Part shown: positions 7,528 to 13,660 of the stretch, piece by piece
Layout: each line of letters begins with the position of its first letter
Position numbering within the stretch: position 1 is the first letter of the stretch
From: an uncultured Fibrobacteraceae bacterium
GTDB lineage: Bacteria > Krumholzibacteriota > Krumholzibacteriia > LZORAL124-64-63
Direction of reading: 5' to 3'
Assembly (NCBI GenBank): GCA_964436825.1
Contig: CAYTEO010000004.1
Location: 113,738-127,781, forward strand
Length of the DNA stretch: 14,044 bases
Notes under the pieces: generated by a model
Databases searched by the model: none
What the model was told of the DNA's origin: nothing
Seen by the model: only the letters and a program-made list of their open reading frames with translations
Position numbers and translations under genes: made by a program

Positions 7528-7725
7528 TCACTCCGGATCCCGGTCGTCGTCGCCCTCCCCGCTGGCGGTCCCCGGCGCCGAACGGCCCCGGCGGCGCCGG
7601 ACCGCCTCCCGCAGCAGGTACTCGATCTGGCCGTTGACGCTGCGCAGCTCCTGCTCGGCCCAGCCCCGCAGCTCCTCGTAGAGCTCGGGGCTGAGCCGCA
7701 GCAGGAAGGTCTTGCGTCTCGCCAC
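7528..7725 (-). CDS. Arc-family ribbon-helix-helix DNA-binding protein
   Basis: 65 aa. [38 protein letters not shown] aligns motif-for-motif with P22 Arc (FNLRWPREVLDLVRKVAEENGRSVNSEIYQRVMESF). GTG start at 7725 lies 3 nt after the upstream gene's stop. The C-terminal tail is basic then acidic. Confidence 0.7.
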   Translation of the reverse strand: MARRKTFLLRLSPELYEELRGWAEQELRSVNGQIEYLLREAVRRRRGRSAPGTASGEGDDDRDPE

Positions 7726-7728
7726 AGC

Positions 7729-8199
7729 TCACTCCCCGGGGGCGAGGCCGCCCGGCCTGCGGATCCGCTCGAGGCTGCGGACCAGCTCTTCCGGCTCGGG
7801 TGTCCCGATCAGCAGCGTGCGGCCGTCGGTCGTCACCAGCAGGACGCCGCGGTTGCCGGTGACGTTCCATCGCCAGTTCCCCAGCGCCCACTTGAGCCCC
7901 AGTCCGGCCCGCAGCAGCATCCCCTCGACGACGTGGACCGATGCGATCCTCGCCAGGGGCACCGATCGCCGCGGCCAGCCGAAGGTGGCCCGCAGACCGA
8001 GCTTCTCCCTGTCGACGACGATCGTCACCGTCCCGAGGGCGAGGCCCAGCAGCAGGGCCGCCGGCGGGACGATCCAGCGCCACGGTCCGCTGTCGGGGGA
8101 CCAGTTGACGGCACAGGAGACTGCACCGGCCAGGACGAACAGCAACATGATCGGCCAGCCGAGGAAGCGGCGCTCGTAGACGGGATTCACGACGGCCAC
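7729..8199 (-). CDS. YdbS-like membrane protein: two TM helices plus a bacterial PH (bPH_2/DUF304-like) domain
   Basis: Two hydrophobic helices (PIMLLFVLAGAVSCAV and ALLLGLALGTVTIVV), then an approximately 90-aa domain with a PH-like pattern (REKLGLRATFGW...IASVHVVEG...LLVTTDGRTLLIGTPEPEEL). The GTG start lies 1 nt after the SPFH gene's TGA. The start is uncertain because no good Shine-Dalgarno is present, and an internal ATG at codon 18 is an alternative. Confidence 0.55.
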   Translation of the reverse strand: MAVVNPVYERRFLGWPIMLLFVLAGAVSCAVNWSPDSGPWRWIVPPAALLLGLALGTVTIVVDREKLGLRATFGWPRRSVPLARIASVHVVEGMLLRAGLGLKWALGNWRWNVTGNRGVLLVTTDGRTLLIGTPEPEELVRSLERIRRPGGLAPGE

Positions 8200-8200
8200 C

Positions 8201-9067
8201 TCACTGGTAGAGCGTGCCGGTGTTCAGGACCGGCTGCGCCGCGTGTTCGCTGCAGAGCACGACCATCAGGTTGCTGACCATGGCCGCCTTGCGCTCGGCG
8301 TCCAGCTCGACGATGTCCTTCTCGCCCAGCTCCTGCAGGGCCAGCTCGACCATGCCGACGGCGCCCTCGACGATCTTCTGGCGCGCCGCCACCACGGCGC
8401 TGGCCTGCTGCCGCTGGAGCATGGCACCGGCGATCTCGGGGGCGTAGGCCAGGTGGCTCAGGCGCGCCTCGATGACCTCGACCCCGGCCCTGCCCAGGCG
8501 TTCCTGCAGCTCCCGTTCCAGGCGCTCGTTGATCTCGTCGGTCGTCCCGCGCAGGGTCAGCTCGTCCTCGGGACCGTCGTAGGGGTAGGCGCCGGCCAGG
8601 TGGCGGACGGCCGCCTCGCTCTGGGTCTCGACGTACTCCTCGTAGTCGTCCACCTCGAACATGGCCTGGGCCGTGTCCCGGACCCGCCAGACGACCACGG
8701 CCGCGATCTCGATGGGATTGCCGGCCAGGTCGTTGACCTTGATCTTCTCCCCGTTGAGGTTGCGGGCCCGGAGCGAGATCTTCCGCTTGGAGAGGAAGGG
8801 ATTGGCCCACTTGAAGCCGTTGGTCCGGACCGAGCCCTTGTAGTCCCCGAACAGCAGCAGCACCGCCGCCTCGTTGGGGTTGACGATGAAGAAGCCGACC
8901 ATCAGGACGATGTCGAGCGCGAAGACGACGATACTGCTGACGATCTCGGCGACCGCCTCGTGGCGGACGCCGCGGACGAAGCCGTAGACCGACAGGCCCA
9001 GGACGACGATCGTCGCCAACAGAACCGGCCAACCGGACGAGATGCTGATCTCCTTTTCCCTGTGCAT
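8201..9067 (-). CDS. SPFH/band-7 (stomatin/prohibitin-like) membrane protein
   Basis: N-terminal membrane helices are followed by an SPFH core ([33 protein letters not shown]...[21 protein letters not shown]) and a C-terminal coiled-coil-like region rich in E, R, A and Q. ATG at 9067 with GGAGG 6 nt upstream. Confidence 0.85.
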   Translation of the reverse strand: MHREKEISISSGWPVLLATIVVLGLSVYGFVRGVRHEAVAEIVSSIVVFALDIVLMVGFFIVNPNEAAVLLLFGDYKGSVRTNGFKWANPFLSKRKISLRARNLNGEKIKVNDLAGNPIEIAAVVVWRVRDTAQAMFEVDDYEEYVETQSEAAVRHLAGAYPYDGPEDELTLRGTTDEINERLERELQERLGRAGVEVIEARLSHLAYAPEIAGAMLQRQQASAVVAARQKIVEGAVGMVELALQELGEKDIVELDAERKAAMVSNLMVVLCSEHAAQPVLNTGTLYQ

Positions 9068-9099
9068 GACGAACCTCCGCGTTGGGGCGTTGGGGTCGC

Positions 9100-9139
9100 T
9101 GTGATGTCACGATGATATCACGCTGGTAGCATACGGTCA
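9100..9139 (-). promoter_or_regulatory. sigma-70-like promoter with extended -10 (TTGACC, 17 nt, TGaTATCAT) overlapped by tandem 11-bp direct repeats (putative Arc-type operator)
   Basis: On the minus strand the -35 TTGACC (9139-9134) and the -10 TATCAT (9116-9111) are 17 nt apart, with a TG extension. The plus strand 9101-9122 contains TGATGTCACGA and TGATATCACGC, which are 9/11 identical tandem repeats. Each has TGAT..ATCA/TCAC half-site symmetry. They span the -10 element and the predicted transcription start. Confidence 0.4.
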
Positions 9140-9171
9140 AGGCTGCAGGTGGGTTGCAGGGAAGGGAACGG

Positions 9172-9201
9172 AAAAAAAGGGCCCGGCGCGATGCCGGGCC
9201 C
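9172..9201 (-). terminator. Rho-independent terminator of pepT
   Basis: Perfect 9-bp GC stem GGGCCCGGC (9179-9187) and GCCGGGCCC (9193-9201) with a 5-nt loop. On the minus strand it is followed by a T7 run (9178-9172). It lies 28 nt after the pepT stop. Confidence 0.65.
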
Positions 9202-9229
9202 CTGTCCCTGGTCGCGGGGGATATGTCGG

Positions 9230-10513
9230 TCAGGTGCTCGCCGGGCCGGCGGTGCCTTCCCTCTCGGCCCAGACGGAGATCAACTGCAGGATCGTGCTGG
9301 TGGCCAGCTCCATGTCCTTGACGCAGACCCACTCGGTGAAGCTGTGGAAGCTCTGCTCGCCGGTGAAGAGGTTCGGCGTGGGCAGGCCGCGCGCGGTCAG
9401 GTTGGCGCCGTCGGTGCCGCCCCGGATGGAGCCCAGTTGCGGCTCGATGCCGACCCGGCGGATGGCCTCGATGGCGTATTCGACGGCCCGGGGCTCCTTC
9501 TCCAGGTCGTACTTCATGTTCCGGTAGTATTCCTTGATCTCGAACTCGAAGGTCGATCCCGGCCAGGCGGCGCAGGCCTGCTGCGCACGCTCGCGCAGCA
9601 GCTGGGCCTTGACCGGCAGCTGGTCGAGATCGAAGTCGCGGATCAGCAGGTGGACGGTCACCTTGCTCGTGTTGCCCTCGATGCTGATGGGGTGGACGTA
9701 GCCCTGCTTCTCCTCGGTCGTCTCCGGCGCCATGTCCCGGGGCAGGGAGGCGATGAACTCGGCGGCCACCTTGATGGCCGGGACCATCTTGTCCTTGGCG
9801 TAGCCGGGGTGGATGTCGCGGCCGATGAAGGTGACGATGGCGCTGTCGGCGCAGAAGGTCTCGTTCTCCACCTCGCCGCGCCGGCCGCCGTCCATCGTGT
9901 AGGCCACCTTGGCGCCGAACTTCTCGATGTCGAAGTACTTGACGCCGGCACCCACCTCCTCGTCGGGGGTGAAGGCGACCTTGATCGTCCCGTGCTTGAA
10001 ATCGGGGTTCTCGACGATGCGGGTCAGCGCCTCCATGATCTCGGCGATGCCGGCCTTGTCGTCGGCACCCAGCAGGGTCGTCCCGTCGGCGGTGATGATC
10101 GTCTCGCCGATGCACTCGGCCAGGTAGGGATTCTCCTTGGCCTTGATGACGACACCGTTGTTGGGCAGGGCGATGTCCCCTCCCTGGTAGTTCTCGTGGA
10201 AGATGGGATTGACGTCCTTGCCCGAGACCTCGGGGTAGGTGTCCATGTGCGCGATGAACCCGACGGCCGGCACGTTCGCCAGGGCGGGGTCGTTGGCCGG
10301 CAGGGTGGCGGTCACGTACCCGTACTGGTCCATGGCGGCGTCGGACAGGCCCAGCTCCTGCAACTCCTTCACCAGCAGGCGCCCCAGTTCCAGCTGACCG
10401 GGCGTGGAGGGATAGGTCGACGTGTCCTCGGCGGACTGGGTGTCCATCCTGGCGTAGGTGACGAAGCGCTCGGTCAGGGAGGGGAATCGCGAGTCGGGAT
10501 TGCGGTCCAGCAT
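9230..10513 (-). CDS. pepT: Peptidase T (tripeptide aminopeptidase, M20B)
   Basis: Collinear with E. coli PepT from the N-terminus (LTERFVTYARMDTQS...IGFIAHMDT...GADDKAGIAEIMEAL...TPDEEVG...). I trimmed the track ORF (to 10609) to the ATG at 10513-10511, which is preceded by GAGGAG with a 7-nt spacer. Confidence 0.9.
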   Translation of the reverse strand: MLDRNPDSRFPSLTERFVTYARMDTQSAEDTSTYPSTPGQLELGRLLVKELQELGLSDAAMDQYGYVTATLPANDPALANVPAVGFIAHMDTYPEVSGKDVNPIFHENYQGGDIALPNNGVVIKAKENPYLAECIGETIITADGTTLLGADDKAGIAEIMEALTRIVENPDFKHGTIKVAFTPDEEVGAGVKYFDIEKFGAKVAYTMDGGRRGEVENETFCADSAIVTFIGRDIHPGYAKDKMVPAIKVAAEFIASLPRDMAPETTEEKQGYVHPISIEGNTSKVTVHLLIRDFDLDQLPVKAQLLRERAQQACAAWPGSTFEFEIKEYYRNMKYDLEKEPRAVEYAIEAIRRVGIEPQLGSIRGGTDGANLTARGLPTPNLFTGEQSFHSFTEWVCVKDMELATSTILQLISVWAEREGTAGPAST

Positions 10514-10608
10514 ATGGTGTCTCCTCGCCTTGCGTGTGGCAGGGCGCGCCAGCGGAGCATCTGGTGGGGCTGCCCGCCGGGCAACGATCTGTGTGGGCGC
10601 TGGCGGCA

Positions 10609-10637
10609 ACGATAGTCGATCCCACTGGGGGTGGCAA
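10609..10637 (-). promoter_or_regulatory. Possible sigma-70-like pepT promoter (-35 TTGCCA, 17 nt, -10 TATCGT)
   Basis: This is a hexamer and spacing match on the minus strand. The -10 overlaps one copy of a direct repeat ATCGTTGCC, and the second copy lies 25 bp downstream. The evidence is weak and sequence-only. Confidence 0.25.
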
Positions 10638-10702
10638 GCGGGACCCCCGACGGCGGCGGGGGAGCGCGATAACGGCGCGTTCGGGGGCTGGTGGTGTCCT
10701 GT

Positions 10703-12040
10703 TCAGGAGGCGGCGTGGACCGGGGCCCGTTGCGGGGCCTGCTGCTCGCCGCCGAAGCGGATCCCGATCCCGTGCAGCAGGGCGAAGGGCGGGATCCCGC
10801 CGATCAGGACCAGGACGTTGTCCGCCGGCACGACGACCCCACCGCCGGGGGTGGCCAGGGCGACGCTGGTGGGGGTGATCTCCTGGACGGTCGATTCGGG
10901 CAGGAACGTGATCCTTCCGTCCGCGATGGCGCGCTCGATGCGCTCGGCGTTGCGCTTCTTGACGCGCAGGAAGGCCGGCTTGCGGTAGGAGAGGGTGACC
11001 CGGGTCCCGGCCTGGGCCGACAGGCCCAGGGCGGCCTCGACGGCGCTGTCCCCGCCACCGACCACCAGGACGCGCCGGTCGCGATAGGCGGCGGCGTCGA
11101 TCAGCTTGTAGGTGACGTGGGGCAGTTCCTCGCCCGGCACGTCCAGCCTGCGCGGCGTACCGCGCCGTCCCAGGGCCAGCACGACCCGCCGTCCCCGGAA
11201 CCGCTCGCCGCTCTCGGTTTCCACCGTGAAGTCGCCACGCTGCCCGGTGACGCCGGTGACCCGCAGGGGGTGGCGGATATCCAGGCCGAAGTCGCGGTGC
11301 AGTCGCCGCCAGATCTCCAGTAACTCCTCCTTGCTGTACTCCTCGCGGTCGAGGGTCCCGAAGCAGGGAATGGTCACCGGCTGGACCATGACGAGCTTGT
11401 GCCGGGGATACTGCAGGATCGTCCCGCCTGGTCCCTGCTGGTCCAGGACGATGCAGCGCAGGCCCTCGCGGGAGGCGGTCAGCGCCGCGCTCATGCCGGC
11501 CGGCCCGGCCCCGACGATCACCACGTCCCACAGGTCCGGCTCCCGCGACCGCTCCGGGTCCCGCGCGATGGCCCCGGCAACGCGCTCTCCCTGCCGGATG
11601 GCGTTGCTGATCAGGGCGAAGCCGCTCAGTTCGCCGCAGATGTAGATGCCGGGGACGCTGGTCTGCTGGTCCTCGTCGAGCAGGGGGATGTCATCGCGGG
11701 TCCGGATGTCGCCCAGACCGATCCTGATGGCACCGACCGGACACGCCTCGGCGCACTTGCCGTGGCCGATGCAACGGGCCCCGTTGATGACGACCGCCCG
11801 CCCGGAGACGATCCCCAGCACGTCCCCCTCGGGACAGGCCGCCACGCAGGTCCCGCAGCCGATGCAGGCGTTGGCGTCGACCAGGGGATACTGGCCCAGC
11901 GGCTTGTCCAGGCCGAGGGCCGCCGACTCCCGCCGGCGGAGGGCCGCCTCCCGGCGATCGCGGCGAAAGCGGATCAGGTACGGGACCAGGGTCCCGGCCC
12001 CGATCGCCAGCGCTCCCAGCCAGATCAGCAGCGATTCCAC
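10703..12040 (-). CDS. Membrane-anchored fusion of a 2x[4Fe-4S] ferredoxin domain to a thioredoxin-reductase-type FAD/NAD(P)-binding oxidoreductase (ferredoxin:NAD(P)+ reductase-like, no redox-active CxxC)
   Basis: N-terminal TM helix (LLIWLGALAIGAGTLVPYLI, then RFRRDRR). Two cluster motifs, CIGCGTCVAACP and CIGHGKCAEACP; the second has His in place of the second Cys. FAD GxGxxG motif (VVIVGAGPAGMSAA), second dinucleotide motif (VLVVGGGDSAVEAA), and no CxxC between them, which matches TrxR-like ferredoxin:NADP+ reductases of the YumC type. GTG start at 12040, 15 nt after the outer-membrane-protein stop. Confidence 0.75.
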   Translation of the reverse strand: MESLLIWLGALAIGAGTLVPYLIRFRRDRREAALRRRESAALGLDKPLGQYPLVDANACIGCGTCVAACPEGDVLGIVSGRAVVINGARCIGHGKCAEACPVGAIRIGLGDIRTRDDIPLLDEDQQTSVPGIYICGELSGFALISNAIRQGERVAGAIARDPERSREPDLWDVVIVGAGPAGMSAALTASREGLRCIVLDQQGPGGTILQYPRHKLVMVQPVTIPCFGTLDREEYSKEELLEIWRRLHRDFGLDIRHPLRVTGVTGQRGDFTVETESGERFRGRRVVLALGRRGTPRRLDVPGEELPHVTYKLIDAAAYRDRRVLVVGGGDSAVEAALGLSAQAGTRVTLSYRKPAFLRVKKRNAERIERAIADGRITFLPESTVQEITPTSVALATPGGGVVVPADNVLVLIGGIPPFALLHGIGIRFGGEQQAPQRAPVHAAS

Positions 12041-12055
12041 GGTGCACCGTCCCTG

Positions 12056-13660
12056 TCAGAAGCGATAGGCCAGTCCGGTCCGCAGGGACAACCCCTCCAT
12101 GCTGTCTCCCCGGTCGTACTCCACCTCGGTCCGGACGTCGAGGCCACCGGGCAGCGGCCGCCACCATCCCGCCCGCAGCCACCGGTCCCTTCGCGTCAGC
12201 CCCGACGTCCGGTAGGCGTAGCGGCCGGCGGCCAGTTCCAGGCGGTCGCCGCGGTCGGTGGCCAGCTCCAGGGAGAGGGACGGGTGCCAGCCCGAGACCA
12301 GCTCCCCGTCGAACCCGCTGACCGAGAGCCGCAGTCGGGTCCGTGCCCCAAGCAGACCGCGCCGGGTCCAGGAGAGGCGGTAGGAGAGGGTCCGGTCCCG
12401 TCCCCGGCGGAAGTCGCGCACGCCGCCGTCGGCGGACAGCGAGGAACGGTTTCCCCGCCAGGCGAACCCCAGCCGCGCTCCCCGGCGTCTGGAGTTGTCG
12501 AACAGGCTGTCGGCCAGGCTGCGGGTCTCCCAGGTGCGCGGCAGGTGCCGGTCGTCGTAGGCCAGGTGCCAGCGCCAGCTGGCGGTCGGGCGGTATCCCA
12601 GCCGCAGCCAGAGGTTGTTGATCCGCAGACGGTCGCGGGCAACCCCCATGCGCCAGCCCCGGTTCATGTCGATCTCCACGGTCTGGTCCAGGGACCAGCG
12701 CCGCGGCCCGCGCCAGTGGAACCCCAGCAGGGCGTACTCGCGGCTGATCTCGCCGCGGTGGTACTGGCCGATGCCGGCGCAGTCCAGGCGCCAGCGTCCC
12801 CCGCCGAGCCGTCCGGCGCCGGCCAGCAGCCCGCCCAGCTTCAGGTCGTCCGTGCGCGGTGCGGACGTGCGCCAGTCGGGCTGGAAACCGGCGAACAGGC
12901 CGATGCGCAGCGACCGGTAGAAGGGAATGCTCGTCACCGCACCGTCGAGGTAGCCCACACCGGGCACCGAGCGCGGGATGAACCGGCCCAACCGCCAGTG
13001 CCAGCGCACGTCGGGATCCTCCCGGTAGAGGGAGCAGGCGGTGACCCGGTTGACCCACTCGGTCGCAGGGGCCGTGGCCAGGTCCCGCCGGCGGGCGATC
13101 CGGCGCAGGGAGCCTCGTACCTCCAGGTCCGGGCCCCGGTCACTGTCGTGGCGCAACCGGAAGCGGACGGTCGTCCGTGTGGCGTCCAGGTCCGAGACGG
13201 TGCGATCGTCGGTGTGGTCCCAGTCCAGGGAGAGCCCTCCCCGCCAGGACGACGGCCGGCGGGAGGCCTCCCGCTCCGGCGCGGGCGCCGGCGACGGCAC
13301 CGGTCGGCGCCGCGCCGGTGGCGATGCGGCGACGGCCGTTGCGGTCGAGTCGGCTGCGTCGGCAGCGGCCTGGATGGGGACGGCCCGGTCGCCGGGCCGG
13401 ATCCTCCCGGAGGCGGACTCGACGCGGCAGGAGGCCGAATGGGTCGCCACGTGCTCCACCGTCACCACGGCCACCTGCCGCTCGCCGCGGTGGATGGCGA
13501 AGCGGTCGCCGGGCCGGATCCCCTCCCCGCGCCCACCATCGAGGTAGACGTGGTCGGCGGAGACGTACCGGACGTGCTGGACCACCGGGACAGCCGCCGC
13601 GGCCAGCGGCAGCACCAGGACCAGCAGGCCGAGACGGGACGACAGGTTCCGCCTTCTCAT
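12056..13660 (-). CDS. Predicted outer-membrane beta-barrel protein with an N-terminal small beta-domain and a Pro/Ala linker
   Basis: Signal peptide MRRRNLSSRLGLLVLVLPLAAAAVP. An approximately 70-aa domain carries a duplicated G(R)IRPGDR motif. A Pro/Ala/Ser-rich linker follows. The remaining roughly 380 aa have alternating hydrophobic and aromatic residues and abundant W, Y and R, and end in LAYRF (a C-terminal Phe, the beta-barrel assembly signature). The ATG at 13660 shares its A with the cytochrome's TGA stop (TGATG). Confidence 0.55.
   Translation of the reverse strand: MRRRNLSSRLGLLVLVLPLAAAAVPVVQHVRYVSADHVYLDGGRGEGIRPGDRFAIHRGERQVAVVTVEHVATHSASCRVESASGRIRPGDRAVPIQAAADAADSTATAVAASPPARRRPVPSPAPAPEREASRRPSSWRGGLSLDWDHTDDRTVSDLDATRTTVRFRLRHDSDRGPDLEVRGSLRRIARRRDLATAPATEWVNRVTACSLYREDPDVRWHWRLGRFIPRSVPGVGYLDGAVTSIPFYRSLRIGLFAGFQPDWRTSAPRTDDLKLGGLLAGAGRLGGGRWRLDCAGIGQYHRGEISREYALLGFHWRGPRRWSLDQTVEIDMNRGWRMGVARDRLRINNLWLRLGYRPTASWRWHLAYDDRHLPRTWETRSLADSLFDNSRRRGARLGFAWRGNRSSLSADGGVRDFRRGRDRTLSYRLSWTRRGLLGARTRLRLSVSGFDGELVSGWHPSLSLELATDRGDRLELAAGRYAYRTSGLTRRDRWLRAGWWRPLPGGLDVRTEVEYDRGDSMEGLSLRTGLAYRF

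Noticed and set aside
10580-10613. Exact 9-bp direct repeat GGCAACGAT (10580-10588 and 10605-10613) upstream of pepT
   Set aside because: A single short repeat in GC-biased DNA is close to chance expectation for nearby 9-mers. I noted it only as a possible operator overlapping my weak pepT promoter call.
10627-10648. GGGGGT-N10-ACCCCC stem-loop downstream of the Fe-S flavoprotein gene
   Set aside because: It has a 6-bp stem with a 10-nt loop and no U-tract. It overlaps the putative pepT -35, so it is not convincing as a terminator.
8187-11531. 1114-aa minus-strand ORF, the longest in the supplied track
   Set aside because: Its product is an extremely Arg/Gly/Pro/His-rich low-complexity translation. 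It overlaps pepT and the Fe-S flavoprotein gene out of frame, which are well-supported real genes. Long ORFs of this kind arise by chance in 70%+ GC DNA.
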